The translations under genes and the position numbers were made by a program. From Candidatus Latescibacterota bacterium (GTDB lineage Bacteria; Latescibacterota; UBA2968; GCA-2709665), in NCBI GenBank assembly GCA_965248435.1, contig OZ252100.1:2528001-2592000 (forward strand): a DNA stretch of 64,000 bases. The letters are read 5' to 3'. Within the stretch, counting starts at the first letter, position 1; each line of letters opens with the position of its first letter. The notes under the pieces were generated by a model. The model worked only from the letters and a program-made list of their open reading frames with translations. It had not been told where the DNA came from and ran no database searches. Of the stretch, positions 1 through 11,015 are shown piece by piece.

Positions 1-1244
1 CGGATGCCGTCTGTCCCTCGGGCGCGCGTGTGCCGGGTACCGCATACGTGTTGGATCCCGTAACGGCAGCCTTCAACATCGGCACCACGATCCGCTGGCT
101 GGACTTCAACGACACCTGGTTGGCCGCAGAGTGGGGACACCCCTCCGATAACCTGGGCGCCATCCTCGCGGTCTCAGACTGGCTCTCGCGCAGGCCCTCC
201 GGGACGAGGCCGAAGAAAATTTCCGACGTTCTCACCGCGATGATCAAGGCCCACGAAATCCAGGGTGTGATGGCCCTGGAAAACAGCTTCAATCAGCGCG
301 GCCTGGATCACGTCATCCTCGTCAAGCTCGCGAGCTGCGCCGTCGCTGCCGGATTGCTGGGATGCAGCGAGGAGCAGGTCGCGAACGCCATCTCTCAGGT
401 CTGGTGCGACCTCGGGCCGCTGCGTACTTATCGCCACGCGCCGAACACAGGCTCCAGAAAGAGCTGGGCCGCCGGTGACGCTACGAGCCGCGGCCTCTTT
501 TTGGCCCTGCAGAGCGAACGTGGAGAAATGGGTTATCCCACCGCCCTCACGGCCCCGGAGTGGGGATTCTATGACCGGATCTGGGGAGGTGAGCGCTTCC
601 GATTCCAGCGGTCGTACGGGTCCTACGTCATGGAGAACCTGCTCTTCAAGGTCTCCTACCCGGCGGAGTTTCACGCCCAGACGTCGGTCGAGGCGGCTAT
701 CCAGCTTCATCCCCAGGTGTCGGAGCGCCTGGATGACATCGACCGGATCGAGATCATCACGCACGAGGCCGCCGTTCGCATCATCGACAAGAAGGGCCCC
801 CTACACAACCCGGCAGACCGCGACCACTGTCTCCAGTACATGACTGCCGTCGCGCTCATCTTCGGCGACCTCACGGCGGAAGATTACGAAGCGGAAAGGG
901 CCGGAGATCCTCGAATCGATGCGCTGAGAGACAAAATGCGGGTCGTCGAAGACCCCGGCTACACGAAGGACTACCACGATCCCGAAAAACGGTCGATCGC
1001 CAACAGACTGCAGGTCTTCTTCAATGACGGGTCCTCCACCGAGCCAGTTACGGTCGAATATCCGATCGGCCACCGTCGACGCAGACAGGAGGCGATTCCC
1101 CTCCTGGAGCGCAAGTTTACCGAGAACATGAGGACCTGTTTCGCCGATGACTTCGTTAGTGAACTTCTGGATCTGCTCAGGGATTCCGAACGCCTAGAGC
1201 AAATGCCTGTCGATCAGTTTATGGGCCTGCTCCAGAAGTCTTAG
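1..1244 (+). CDS. prpD: 2-methylcitrate dehydratase (MmgE/PrpD family), 5' end outside the window
   Basis: Motifs [51 protein letters not shown] and [11 protein letters not shown] are characteristic of PrpD. Confidence 0.95.
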   Translation, partial: DAVCPSGARVPGTAYVLDPVTAAFNIGTTIRWLDFNDTWLAAEWGHPSDNLGAILAVSDWLSRRPSGTRPKKISDVLTAMIKAHEIQGVMALENSFNQRGLDHVILVKLASCAVAAGLLGCSEEQVANAISQVWCDLGPLRTYRHAPNTGSRKSWAAGDATSRGLFLALQSERGEMGYPTALTAPEWGFYDRIWGGERFRFQRSYGSYVMENLLFKVSYPAEFHAQTSVEAAIQLHPQVSERLDDIDRIEIITHEAAVRIIDKKGPLHNPADRDHCLQYMTAVALIFGDLTAEDYEAERAGDPRIDALRDKMRVVEDPGYTKDYHDPEKRSIANRLQVFFNDGSSTEPVTVEYPIGHRRRRQEAIPLLERKFTENMRTCFADDFVSELLDLLRDSERLEQMPVDQFMGLLQKS

Positions 1245-1328
1245 TACACTGTAAAACGGAATTTGACTCCCGCAGGGCTCGTGCTCTACGGGTCCGTTGA
1301 TCAATGAACTGTTCACGTATTGAATCTG

Positions 1329-1399
1329 GTAGGAGCCAGCTCCTGCTGGCGAAGGCGAGCATCGGGGTGAAGGGTTCGCCGCCTGGAGGCGGCCCCTAC
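1329..1399. repeat. GTAG-type REP-like palindromic element
   Basis: gtaggagccagctcctgctggcgaa ... ttcgccgcctggaggcggcccctac in the gap between convergent genes; a related gtaggagcc element occurs near 30089. Confidence 0.5.
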
Positions 1400-1497
1400 C
1401 GAACCAGGCGAGACACGGAGGTTGCAAACCCGCAAAAATGATATCCGCGACAACGCGTGTCGTCGCGGATATCATTTCCAGACAGTTCGGCATGCGC

Positions 1498-2229
1498 TTA
1501 CGAGAAACCGATCTTGAGACAGGATTCATCGCGCCATCTCGGGCTCGTCTTCTCCTGTTCTTTGGTCCATCGTGCGATGCAGGAACAGTTCTGCGCAATC
1601 ACTTCGAAGGTCCGGTTCGCGACGATCCGGTGTCCGAGATCGTTCGCGTGCACACCGTCGTAATGGATCATCCACTCCGTCTCCTGGTACGCGTCCAACA
1701 GGTCTACGTATAGACAATCCAGCTCACCGGCCAGTCTGCCGATACCTTGGTTGTATTCCTTGAAGACGCCCAGATCACCCAGTCCGAATCCAGACTCGTG
1801 GCCCAGATTGAAATCGGTCATAAAGTAGGGCCCGGGCAGAACGATCACCGGATCGATCGCTTCGCGCACGCGTTCGACCAGCTGCGTCATCTCCTCCAGA
1901 AACAGATCCAGCGGCGTACCGCCTCTGGCATCGTTCAGACCATAGGAAATTACGAGCAGATCCGGCCCTTCCTCGATGACCTGCTTGTCCAGTCTCTCAT
2001 TCGCCGCCGGCTTCCCACTCCCCTCATAACACGGGCTGCGCGTCGAGATCACGTTCGCCCCGATGCCCATGTTCACGACCTCTGCCGGCGCCTCCTGAAA
2101 ATCGTTGATCAGGTCGCCAAGCCGGCTGACCCAGCACCTTTCCCGGCGCGTCGACCACCCGCCCGCTGTCGTGCTCTCGCCCAGCGCAACAAACTTTTTG
2201 AACTCGTCAGACCTGTAGTCTTTTTTCAT
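1498..2229 (-). CDS. SGNH/GDSL hydrolase family protein
   Basis: Block I ALGESTTAG, block II NMGIGAN, block III YGLND, block V DGVHANDLGH. Confidence 0.88.
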   Translation of the reverse strand: MKKDYRSDEFKKFVALGESTTAGGWSTRRERCWVSRLGDLINDFQEAPAEVVNMGIGANVISTRSPCYEGSGKPAANERLDKQVIEEGPDLLVISYGLNDARGGTPLDLFLEEMTQLVERVREAIDPVIVLPGPYFMTDFNLGHESGFGLGDLGVFKEYNQGIGRLAGELDCLYVDLLDAYQETEWMIHYDGVHANDLGHRIVANRTFEVIAQNCSCIARWTKEQEKTSPRWRDESCLKIGFS

Positions 2230-2413
2230 GGTTCTTCCTATCGAATTTGATTTGATTTTCTCTGCAACCTCTTTGTCTCTGCGGTGAGTTATGTTTCAAT
2301 CCGCAATCTAAAATCCGCAATCCGCAATTGAAACCCCCCTGGATAAGAAACGCGCAAGATAATAAACGCGTCTACAAAGTCAACATTCCCAATCTGAATC
2401 CTTGGAGGCTCTT

Positions 2414-4051
2414 ATGCAGTCACCACACGGCGTGAACTTCACCGCATTTCGACCCTCTGTCATGGCCCGGAACGGGATGGTCACATCCGGACATCCCCTG
2501 GCGTCACAGGCCGGAATTCAGGCGCTGCAGTCCGGAGGAAACGCAGTCGATGCCGCCATCGCCGTCGCCGCCGCCCTCGGCGTTGTGGAGCCCAACATGT
2601 CCGGCGTCGGCGGTGATGGGTTTATCCTAATCTACTGGGCCGACGATCAATCCGTCTCTGCGGTCAATGCGACCGGACCGGCCCCACAGGCTGCAACACG
2701 TGAACGCTACGTAGAGCAGGGCGGCATCCCGATGACCGGAATCCTGAGCGTCTCCCTCCCAGGAATGGTCGACGGCTGGCTGCTCGCCCATCAACGATAC
2801 GGCGCGCTCAAAATGGAAACCCTGTTCGAGTCAGCAATCTCACTCTGTGAAGACGGTTTTCCGGTGAGTCATAGGCTGGTCAAGGATATCGATTCCGCTG
2901 GCCCCAACCTCTTTTCTGAACCCAGCACGCGTGCCGTGCTAAGCCATAACGGGTCACCTCTCAAGACAGGGGAGCTCCTCGTCCAAAAGGACCTCGGGGC
3001 GACCCTTCGCAAGATCGTGGCCCAGGGCCGCGAGGCGCTCTACGAAGGTGAAATCGCCAGGTCGATCGTCAAATTCTCGGAGGCCAACGGGGGGCTGCTC
3101 CGCGAAGCGGATTTCGCAGGCTATCACGCCCATTGGGATGACCCCATCCACACGAACTACCGGGGCTACGAAGTCTACGAGATGCCTCCCAATTCGAGCG
3201 GTCACATCCTGCTGCAGGAGTTGAATCTGGTCGAACGATACGACCTCCTGTCCACGGGCTGCAATACCGCAGAGAGCGTCCATATCATGGTGGAGGCGAA
3301 GAAGCTCGCCTTTGCTGACCGGGAAAAGTATGTCGCCGACCCCGAGTGGACCGACATCCCCCTCCAGGGCCTCCTATCCAAGGCCTATGCGGAGGAACGG
3401 GCTGCCCTCATAGATCCGGACAGGGCCGCGCCCTCGTTCTCGGCCGGACTGCCCGAGTCGACCGGAGACACGACCTGTTTTTGCACCGCCGACGGGCAGG
3501 GCAACCTCGTCTGCGTCCTGCAGTCTATCCAATCCTCCTTCGGCTCACAGGTCATCGCCGGGGATACGGGGATCCTGCTCAACAACCGGATGACCTACTG
3601 GCATCTCGAGCCCGACCATCCCAACTGCCTCCAGCCGGGCAAGCGCGTTCGCCATACCATGAATCCCGTCATCGTCACCTACGAAGGCAGGCCCTATCTC
3701 ACCTGCGGCACCCCCGGCGCGGATACCCAGGTCCAGACCAACCTCCAGCTGATCACCCACATTCTCGACTTCGGCATGATGCCGCAGGAGGCCGTGGAGG
3801 CCCCTCGGTGGAGGAGCTGGCAGGACCCGATGGAATCCACCGTTCCTCACACTTGTGAGAACGTTCTGGACGTAGAAGCCAGATTCTCCGAGGAAGCGAA
3901 GGAGGGTCTCCGTGGGAAGGGCCACTCGCTTCAGATCCTGGCCGATTGGGGCGGGCCCGGCAGTGCGCAGGCCATTCACGTCCACCCGCAATCGAACGCA
4001 CTTATCGGGGGGTCAGATCCACGGAGAGACGGCTATGCGGTTGGATGGTGA
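2414..4051 (+). CDS. ggt: gamma-glutamyltransferase family protein
   Basis: GGNAVDAAIA, EPNMSGVGGDGF, PPNSSG, nucleophile region GDTT, PGKRVRHTMNP, SDPRRDG; RBS ggagg before ATG 2414. Confidence 0.92.
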   Translation: MQSPHGVNFTAFRPSVMARNGMVTSGHPLASQAGIQALQSGGNAVDAAIAVAAALGVVEPNMSGVGGDGFILIYWADDQSVSAVNATGPAPQAATRERYVEQGGIPMTGILSVSLPGMVDGWLLAHQRYGALKMETLFESAISLCEDGFPVSHRLVKDIDSAGPNLFSEPSTRAVLSHNGSPLKTGELLVQKDLGATLRKIVAQGREALYEGEIARSIVKFSEANGGLLREADFAGYHAHWDDPIHTNYRGYEVYEMPPNSSGHILLQELNLVERYDLLSTGCNTAESVHIMVEAKKLAFADREKYVADPEWTDIPLQGLLSKAYAEERAALIDPDRAAPSFSAGLPESTGDTTCFCTADGQGNLVCVLQSIQSSFGSQVIAGDTGILLNNRMTYWHLEPDHPNCLQPGKRVRHTMNPVIVTYEGRPYLTCGTPGADTQVQTNLQLITHILDFGMMPQEAVEAPRWRSWQDPMESTVPHTCENVLDVEARFSEEAKEGLRGKGHSLQILADWGGPGSAQAIHVHPQSNALIGGSDPRRDGYAVGW

Positions 4052-4087
4052 GTGCTAGAGGAATTCTTGGCGGGAAGCATCGACCGT

Positions 4088-4816
4088 TCAGTCGGTCTGA
4101 CTCAGGATTCCCAGGTAGGCCTTCACCGTATTCGCCAGGCCCATCTCCAGGGCCTCCCCTGTGAGGGCGTGGCCGATCGACACCTCCAGGATGCCCGGGA
4201 TCGAGCAAAACTTGCCCACGTTCTCCAGGTTCAGATCGTGCCCTGCGTTCACGCCCAGGCCGGAACCCCGGGCCGCGCGTGCCGCTTCACCGTACTCCTT
4301 CCAAATCGGTTCGGGATCACCTTCCCGAAATGCGGTCGCATAAGGCTCCGTATAGAGCTCGATTCGATCCGCGCCGATCTCCTTCGCACCAGGAATCTCG
4401 TCCGAGTCGTAGTCCATGAAGAGGCTGACCCGGCTGCCCAGGTCCTTCATTTCAGCGATCAGTGGGCGAAGGCGCGCGCCGTCCTTCTGGAGTGTCCAGC
4501 CGTGATCGGAGGTGACGGCATCGGGCGAGTCAGGCACAAGCGTGCATTGCGTCGGCTTCACCTTTCGCACGATGTCCATGTAGCTCCCCTCGAACGGGTT
4601 TCCTTCGATGTTGAACTCCACTGAGGTCACTAGATCAGCGAGCTCATACACGTCCGAAAAACGGATGTGTCTCTCGTCCGGACGGGGATGCACGGTGATC
4701 CCGTAGGCGCCCGAATCGATGCAGATCCGCGCCGCCTTCGTCACGCTCGGGATCCCGATCGTCCGCTGATTTCTGAGCAGCGCGACTTTATTCAAGTTGA
4801 CGCTCAGGTGGGTCAT
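4088..4816 (-). CDS. pdxJ: pyridoxine 5'-phosphate synthase
   Basis: LSVNLNKVALLRN, ITVHPRPDERHIR, FNIEGNP, RIELYTEPYA, NAGHDLN, EVSIGHAL. Confidence 0.96.
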   Translation of the reverse strand: MTHLSVNLNKVALLRNQRTIGIPSVTKAARICIDSGAYGITVHPRPDERHIRFSDVYELADLVTSVEFNIEGNPFEGSYMDIVRKVKPTQCTLVPDSPDAVTSDHGWTLQKDGARLRPLIAEMKDLGSRVSLFMDYDSDEIPGAKEIGADRIELYTEPYATAFREGDPEPIWKEYGEAARAARGSGLGVNAGHDLNLENVGKFCSIPGILEVSIGHALTGEALEMGLANTVKAYLGILSQTD

Positions 4817-5000
4817 CTTTTGGGCCTTTCTCCGATCTTCGCAGTGCGGGAAATCGACTCGATTCCGTTAACAAAATGCTGTGAAGTTTGACCTTTGTCA
4901 AGATCACCGGCGTGATGCAAAGGCCTTGGATCTCTCTATAGGGCTGCATATATTCAAAATCGCTTTGTAACCTCCACTCCTCTTACCAGGAAATGCCTCC

Positions 5001-6452
5001 TTGAAACCGACCAACCTCCTCTTCATCATGTCGGATCAGCACAGCCGGGACAAAACCGGCTGCTACGGCCATCCCCTGGTCCAGACGCCGCACATCGACG
5101 GCCTCGCCTCGCGCGGCACCCGATTTTCGAACGCTTACACGAACTGCCCGATCTGTGTCCCTGCCCGTGGGGCTCTGGCGACGGGGCGATACGTTCATCA
5201 AACCGGTTTCTGGGACAACGGCATCCCCTACGACGGCAGCGTGCCGAGCTGGGGCCACCGCCTCAAGGAGCAGGGCACAACCGTCGATTCGATCGGCAAG
5301 CTCCACTTCCGCAGCGCAGATGACGACAACGGATTCTGCGAGGAAATCGGACCGTTGCACGTCGTAGATGGCCTTGGGGATCTCCTCGGCTGCATACGGT
5401 CGGAGGGCCTGTCCCGAGACAGACGGTCCAATGTACTGGGCGCAGGCCCGGGGGACTCCACATATCTTCAATACGACGGGCTGAACGCGGATCGCGCGTG
5501 CAGCTGGCTGGCCGATCACGCCACGGAAACCAGACCGTGGGTCCTCTTCTTGTCGTTCGTTTGTCCTCACCCTCCTTACATCTCCCCGAAGTCGCTTTTT
5601 GATCTCTATCCCGCGGAGGACATCCCGCTGCCTCCGCAGTGGCGCCCCGAGGACTGGCCCCATCATCCCGCGATCGAGGAATTCCGGAGATTCCTCCACT
5701 ATGCGGAACCCTTCGACGAGTCGGTCGTACGCAACGCCTCGGCGGCTTACTATGGAATGTGTACCTATCTCGACGGGCAGATCGGCGGGGTGTTGCGTGC
5801 GCTCGAAGAAAGCGAGCTGAGCGAGACAACCCGCATCATCTACACTTCAGACCACGGCGACAGTCTAGGGGCGCGTGGACTCTTCGGAAAGTTTACAATG
5901 TACGAAGAGTCCTCCGCCGTCCCGCTCATTCTCTGCGGCCCCGACGTGCCGGAAGATCGCGTGGTTAACACGCCCGTTTCTCTCGTCGACATTTTTCCCA
6001 GCGTTCTGGATGCCGTCGGCGCGGCGCGATCCCCAGAGGACAGCGACCTTCCAGGAGCATCGCTCTGGCCAATCGCGAGTGATTCAGACGCGGAGCGGAC
6101 CGTCTTCAGTGAGTACCACGCCCTCGCTTCGAAGAATGCCATCTACATGCTTCGAGACTTGCGCTATAAGTACATCTACCACGTCGATGGCCCTCCCTTA
6201 CTGTTCGATCTGGAGATGGATCCCGACGAAACGAGCGACCTCTCGGCGCTCCGAGAATCAGAGCCCGTCCTGAGTGCGTTTGAAGCCCAGCTTCGCGCCC
6301 TGCTGGATCCCGAAGCGACTGACGCCCGAGCAAAGGCAGACCAGAGGGCAAAAATCGAGGCCTTTGGCGGAGAGACAGAAGTCAGGAAGCGTGGTGCCTT
6401 TACGAATTCTCCAGTCCCCGGGGAAGCGGCCGCGTTCAAGCAATACAGTTAG
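5001..6452 (+). CDS. sulfatase (choline-sulfatase-like, formylglycine-dependent)
   Basis: FIMSDQH, CVPAR (CxPxR) followed by ATGRY, GKLH, YTSDHG, GKFTMYEES. Confidence 0.92.
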   Translation: MKPTNLLFIMSDQHSRDKTGCYGHPLVQTPHIDGLASRGTRFSNAYTNCPICVPARGALATGRYVHQTGFWDNGIPYDGSVPSWGHRLKEQGTTVDSIGKLHFRSADDDNGFCEEIGPLHVVDGLGDLLGCIRSEGLSRDRRSNVLGAGPGDSTYLQYDGLNADRACSWLADHATETRPWVLFLSFVCPHPPYISPKSLFDLYPAEDIPLPPQWRPEDWPHHPAIEEFRRFLHYAEPFDESVVRNASAAYYGMCTYLDGQIGGVLRALEESELSETTRIIYTSDHGDSLGARGLFGKFTMYEESSAVPLILCGPDVPEDRVVNTPVSLVDIFPSVLDAVGAARSPEDSDLPGASLWPIASDSDAERTVFSEYHALASKNAIYMLRDLRYKYIYHVDGPPLLFDLEMDPDETSDLSALRESEPVLSAFEAQLRALLDPEATDARAKADQRAKIEAFGGETEVRKRGAFTNSPVPGEAAAFKQYS

Positions 6453-6463
6453 GAGACGACGAC

Positions 6464-7228
6464 GTGACGGCCGAACAAAAGTTCATGTTCGACCTGGAAG
6501 GATATCTCCTTCTCAAGAGCATCCTTACCGCGGATGAAATTGCGGAGCTGAATGCCGTCGCCGACCGGGTCTGTACCGATGAATACCCCGAATCGGGAAC
6601 CAAACAAATCTTTAACATCTCAAAATGGGGTCGAGCCTACCAGGACCTGATCGATCATCCAAAAATTGTACCCTACCTGCTGGAGCTGGTCGGTCCCAAG
6701 TTTCGGATTGACCACGACTACTGCATCTTCATGAGGACAGGCGGTACGCGCGGGCGCCTGCACGGCGGCTCCATCGATCACATTACGAACCGTAATGCCG
6801 ACCACTGGTACAAGTGGCGGGACGGCGTCATCCGAAACGGTCTCACCGTCGTAACCTACTTCCTTGCGCCCGCCGGGCCGGGAGACGGTGGCTTCTGTTG
6901 CGTTCCCGGCAGCCACAAGAGCAACTGCGTGAGGAACGTGCCGGAGGACGTTCGCCATTTCAAACGTCCCGCTCATTATGTCGTGCCGCTCGAAGCGGAA
7001 GCGGGAGACGCGGTCGTTTTCACCGAGGCCCTCATCCACGGCACCATGCCCTGGACTGCAGAACACGAGCGGCGGACCCTCCTCTACAAATACACGCCCG
7101 GTCATTCATCCTGGTCCAGCGACTACTACCGCCTGGAGGACTATGAAGGCCTTACGGAACAGCAGAAGCGAATCATGGCCCCACCCTTCATTGATCGAAG
7201 ACCTTTCACGGTAGAAGACAGCGAATAG
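6464..7228 (+). CDS. phytanoyl-CoA dioxygenase (PhyH) family protein
   Basis: FDLEGYLLL, GGFCCVPGSHK, AGDAVVFTEALIHG, RRTL. Confidence 0.85.
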   Translation: MTAEQKFMFDLEGYLLLKSILTADEIAELNAVADRVCTDEYPESGTKQIFNISKWGRAYQDLIDHPKIVPYLLELVGPKFRIDHDYCIFMRTGGTRGRLHGGSIDHITNRNADHWYKWRDGVIRNGLTVVTYFLAPAGPGDGGFCCVPGSHKSNCVRNVPEDVRHFKRPAHYVVPLEAEAGDAVVFTEALIHGTMPWTAEHERRTLLYKYTPGHSSWSSDYYRLEDYEGLTEQQKRIMAPPFIDRRPFTVEDSE

Positions 7229-7229
7229 G

Positions 7230-7347
7230 AAAGTTTCTAGTTTCTGGGTTCGAGTTTCTAGTTCACATCAAATCAGCTGAGAATTCGCATACTGTTTTGT
7301 TTTTGAACTCGAAACCTTAAACTCGAAAACTTAAACTCGAAAACTTA
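7230..7347. repeat. inverted pair of degenerate heptamer-repeat arrays
   Basis: agtttct/agtttct/gggttcg/agtttct faces aactcgaa/accttaa/actcgaaa/acttaa/actcgaaa. Confidence 0.7.
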
Positions 7348-7369
7348 TTCAGCCGATCGGAGAACCAGA

Positions 7370-8854
7370 ATGCCTACCAAACTAGAACCCTGCCCCCTTT
7401 TCATCGGAGGAGAATGGGTCGCCTCCTCCGCGTCAGAGACCGAGCCGGTCTACAATCCCTCCGAGGGCATCCAGATCAGTGCGACGCCCCTGTGTGGAAA
7501 AGATGAGGTGGACAAAGCCGTCCAGGCTGCTGCGGATGCCTTTCCGGAATGGGCGAATACGCCGGTCGTGGACCGAGCCCGGATCCTGTTCCGCTATAAG
7601 CACCTGCTCGAAGAACAGTTCGAGGAGCTTTCCCAGACGCTCACCCGCGAGCACGGCAAGACCCTGGAGGAATCCAGGGGCTCCGTTCGGCGCGGCATCG
7701 AAGTCGTTGAGTTCGCGTGCGGCGCGCCCTCCCTCATGATGGGCGAGTCCCTCGAAAACATCGCCGCGGGGATCGACTGCGATACGGTCCGCACACCGCT
7801 GGGCGTCTGCGCGGCCATCACACCCTTCAATTTCCCCGTGATGGTCCCGCTCTGGACCCTTCCCGTCGCCATCGCCTGCGGAAACACCTTCATCCTGAAG
7901 CCTTCCGAGAAGGTTCCGCTCAGCGCCATCCGCCTCGTAGAGCTCCTGGAGGAGGCAGGACTCCCACCCGGTGTCTGCAATCTGGTCCACGGCGGGCGCG
8001 AAGCTGTAGACACGCTCTTGAACCATCATCAGGTCCGAGCCATCTCCTTTGTCGGCTCGACGCCCGTCGCGAAATACATCTATGAAACCGCAACCCGCAA
8101 CGGCAAGCGGGTCCAGTCATCAGGGGGGGCCAAAAATTTCATGGTCATCCTGCCCGACGCAGACCTCGACAGCACGATCACCGCCATTATGGGTTCTGCT
8201 TATGGATGCGCAGGGGAACGGTGTATGGCCGGAAGCGCGCTCGTCTGCGCGGAGGGCGCGGGAGACCGATTCATGCCGCCACTGAGCGACGCCGCAAGAC
8301 AGATCCGTGTGGGTCCCACCGATCGCGACGCCGATGCGCAGATGGGACCTCTTGTGACGGCCCAACACCGCGACCGGGTCATCGAACATATAGACCGGGG
8401 CGTGTCCGAAGGAGCAGATCTGGTCGTCGACGGGCGGGGCGTGAGGGTTGAAGACACACCCAACGGATTCTATGTGGGCCCCACAATCTTCGATCAAGTC
8501 ACATCGCAGATGAGCATCGTCAGAGACGAGATCTTCGGCCCCGTCCTCTCCGTGATGCGAACCGATGACCTGAACGCCGCGATCGAAGCCTGCAACAACA
8601 GCGGCTACGGTAATGCCGCGGTCCTCTTCACGTCCAACGGGAGCGCCGCCCGCGAGTTTCGTCACTCTGTCAGCGCGGGCATGGTCGGCATCAACATCGG
8701 CGTCCCCGCGCCTATGGCTTTCTTTCCCTTTGCAGGGTGGAACAATTCTTTTTATGGTGACCTCCACGTGCAGGGGCGCGAGAGCATCGCCTTCTTCACG
8801 CAGCAGAAGGTCACAATCAGCCGCTGGGCACCCAGCCAGAAAACGATTTTTTGA
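7370..8854 (+). CDS. mmsA: CoA-acylating methylmalonate-semialdehyde dehydrogenase
   Basis: ITPFNFP, LKPSEK, ISFVGST, GGAKNF, GCAGERCMA, EIFGPV, VGINIGVPAPMAFFPFAGW. Confidence 0.92.
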   Translation: MPTKLEPCPLFIGGEWVASSASETEPVYNPSEGIQISATPLCGKDEVDKAVQAAADAFPEWANTPVVDRARILFRYKHLLEEQFEELSQTLTREHGKTLEESRGSVRRGIEVVEFACGAPSLMMGESLENIAAGIDCDTVRTPLGVCAAITPFNFPVMVPLWTLPVAIACGNTFILKPSEKVPLSAIRLVELLEEAGLPPGVCNLVHGGREAVDTLLNHHQVRAISFVGSTPVAKYIYETATRNGKRVQSSGGAKNFMVILPDADLDSTITAIMGSAYGCAGERCMAGSALVCAEGAGDRFMPPLSDAARQIRVGPTDRDADAQMGPLVTAQHRDRVIEHIDRGVSEGADLVVDGRGVRVEDTPNGFYVGPTIFDQVTSQMSIVRDEIFGPVLSVMRTDDLNAAIEACNNSGYGNAAVLFTSNGSAAREFRHSVSAGMVGINIGVPAPMAFFPFAGWNNSFYGDLHVQGRESIAFFTQQKVTISRWAPSQKTIF

Positions 8855-8860
8855 ATCGAA

Positions 8861-8980
8861 GGCCCTCACCCCCGGCCCCTCTCCCACACGTGGGAGAGGG
8901 GAGAAATGCTAAATGTTTGTCTTTTCCCTCTCCCATTTACGGGAGAGGGATGCCGAGCGAAGCGAGACAAGGTGAGGGCC
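8861..8980. repeat. 120-bp composite palindromic intergenic element with terminal inverted repeats
   Basis: Perfect 10-bp terminal IR ggccctcacc/ggtgagggcc enclosing two hairpins cctctccc...gggagagg. Confidence 0.8.
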
Positions 8981-10051
8981 GTGAATAGTCGCCTCAAGAA
9001 GCTCACTAGAGATCTCCTATCGCTGCCCACCGCCCCTTTCCATGAAGAGGTGGTGCTCGCCTACATCCGAGAGTTTGCCAGAAAACGCGCGCTGGATCTA
9101 AAGTCGGATCGCTATGGAAACCTCGTTGTTCGATACCGGAACGGGGATCGTCCCAAACCGGTCGCCCTCTCTGCTCACACCGACCATCCCGGATTTGAAA
9201 TCCTGGATGTGTGCGGGCTTGACATCGGCGCCCGGTGGCTCGGCGGTTGCGATCCGAATCACTTTCCCGGTGGCGCCGTGACCATCATCTCAGGCGGGGA
9301 GGAGATCGCCGGCCGCGCCACATCGCCTCTCGCGAGGGACAAAACCTTCGCCGTCCGTTCCCGGAGGGCGCTGCCGAACGCAAACGGATTCGGCTATTGG
9401 CGTCTGAAATCAGTCGACTTCGACGGGGACCGGATCAAGACCAAAGCGGCAGACAATCTCGCCGGCTGTGTCGCCATCCTGGCCACGCTGGACCGCCTTC
9501 AACAGATGGGTGAGGTCGCGGACCTGCGCGCGGTGTTTACACGCGCCGAGGAGGTCGGGCTTCTGGGCGCCGGAGGAATCGTCCATGCGAAGACGCTGCC
9601 GAAACGCGTGCCGTTGATTGTGCTGGAGGCGAGCAAGGAACTTCCCGGCGCGAAAATCGGAGACGGTCCGGTTGTCCGCGTCGGGGACGCGATGACCGTC
9701 TTCGACCCGAAAATCGAATTCTCACTCCATACGAAGGCCGCGAATCTTCAAAGGACGAAACGCAATTTCCGATATCAGAGGCAGCTCATGAGCGGAGGCG
9801 TCTGTGAGGTCACCCTCTACGCCCTCCACGATCTGCCGGTCGGAGCGCTGGCCTTCCCCCTGGGGAACTACCACAACCAGGGCAAACGCTGGCCCGCTCA
9901 GGAAGTCATCTCCGCCTCAGACCTGGCGGGGATGATCGAGCTCTGCTTTGCGATCGCCGTGGATCCGCCTTCAGGCAAAGCCTGGCGCCCCATCGCAAAG
10001 CGGTTCTCTTCCGCCTTCAACAAACAGAAACGCCGCCTGATGCGAACCTGA
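8981..10051 (+). CDS. M42/M20/M28-like metallopeptidase
   Basis: DRYGNL, SAHTDHPG, AADNLAG, FTRAEEVG, GGVCE, NYHN; GTG 8981 preferred because the longer ORF start lies inside the palindrome. Confidence 0.8.
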   Translation: MNSRLKKLTRDLLSLPTAPFHEEVVLAYIREFARKRALDLKSDRYGNLVVRYRNGDRPKPVALSAHTDHPGFEILDVCGLDIGARWLGGCDPNHFPGGAVTIISGGEEIAGRATSPLARDKTFAVRSRRALPNANGFGYWRLKSVDFDGDRIKTKAADNLAGCVAILATLDRLQQMGEVADLRAVFTRAEEVGLLGAGGIVHAKTLPKRVPLIVLEASKELPGAKIGDGPVVRVGDAMTVFDPKIEFSLHTKAANLQRTKRNFRYQRQLMSGGVCEVTLYALHDLPVGALAFPLGNYHNQGKRWPAQEVISASDLAGMIELCFAIAVDPPSGKAWRPIAKRFSSAFNKQKRRLMRT

Positions 10052-10067
10052 ATCACATCAACTAGGG

Positions 10068-10114
10068 GCCCCACCTGTAGAGACGCCCCGGTGGGGCGTC
10101 TCTACAGGTGGGGC
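10068..10114. repeat. GTAG-type REP palindrome with perfect 22-bp arms
   Basis: gccccacctgtagagacgcccc-ggt-ggggcgtctctacaggtggggc. Confidence 0.85.
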
Positions 10115-10141
10115 TCTCTACCTTTCCAACGGGGGTTTATT

Positions 10142-10933
10142 ATGTCCGAATTCGAAAACAAAGTCGTCGTCGTAACCGGTGGGGCCAAGGGCATCGGCAG
10201 GGGAATCAGCCTGGCGTTCGCTCGAGAAGCTGCTCAGGTCGTGTGCGCGGATATAGACGAGGAGGCAGGCGAGAAGATCTGCGAGGAGGCTCAGCACCTG
10301 GCAGGCAGCATCCTCTTCAAAGCCGGAGATGTAGCCAAGAACAGCGAGTGCGAAGCCGTGACCGAAACCGCTGTGTCTGAGTTTGGAGGCGTCGACGTCC
10401 TTTGCAACAATGTCGGTATCCAGCCCCTGGACGCCTACTTACCGGCCCACGAATATCCCGAAGCGTTGTGGGATCGGATTATGGACGTCAATCTCAAGAG
10501 TTATTTCCTGATGGCCAAATGCTGCATCCCTCAAATGCTGAAGCGGGGTGGAGGAGCAATCATCAACACGGCGAGTGTGCAGGGGCTGCAATCGATGAAA
10601 GGCGTCTCTGCTTACGCAGCGAGCAAGGGCGGAATCCTGTCATTGACCCGTCAGCTCGCCCTGGAATATGCTGCAGACAACATCCGGGTACTTTCCGTGA
10701 ATCCCGGCGCCATCAAGACCCCCATGATGGTGGACAGCGTGGCCTTTATGAGCGACGATCCGGACGCGCTCAAGAAAATGGCCGAGAACGTCCCGGCCAA
10801 GCGACTCGGAACGCCCGAGGACATCGCCGAAGTCGTTCTCTTCCTCGCAAGTCCCAGGGCCTCCTACATGACGGGCGAATACGTCTGCGTCGACGGCGGA
10901 TACATGGCCTTCGGGCAATGGGGTGAGGTGTAA
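10142..10933 (+). CDS. short-chain dehydrogenase/reductase (SDR)
   Basis: TGGAKGIG, NNVG, catalytic YAASK, PGAIKT, TGEYVCVDGG. Confidence 0.93.
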   Translation: MSEFENKVVVVTGGAKGIGRGISLAFAREAAQVVCADIDEEAGEKICEEAQHLAGSILFKAGDVAKNSECEAVTETAVSEFGGVDVLCNNVGIQPLDAYLPAHEYPEALWDRIMDVNLKSYFLMAKCCIPQMLKRGGGAIINTASVQGLQSMKGVSAYAASKGGILSLTRQLALEYAADNIRVLSVNPGAIKTPMMVDSVAFMSDDPDALKKMAENVPAKRLGTPEDIAEVVLFLASPRASYMTGEYVCVDGGYMAFGQWGEV

Positions 10934-10948
10934 TTAATATTCAATATG

Positions 10949-10994
10949 GTAGAGACGCCCCCGGTGGAGTGTTTCCTCCGATGGGGCGTCTCTC
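10949..10994. repeat. second copy of the GTAG REP (gtagagacgcccc...ggggcgtctct)
   Basis: Same arm sequence as 10068-10114; the two copies flank the SDR gene. Confidence 0.75.
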
Positions 10995-11015
10995 AATTTC
11001 GAAAGGAGCATCATT

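Noticed and set aside
8906-8980. N-terminal extension of the peptidase (likewise 10091-10141 and 12690-12743)
   Set aside because: These extensions are read-through of intergenic repeat elements; better starts lie downstream.
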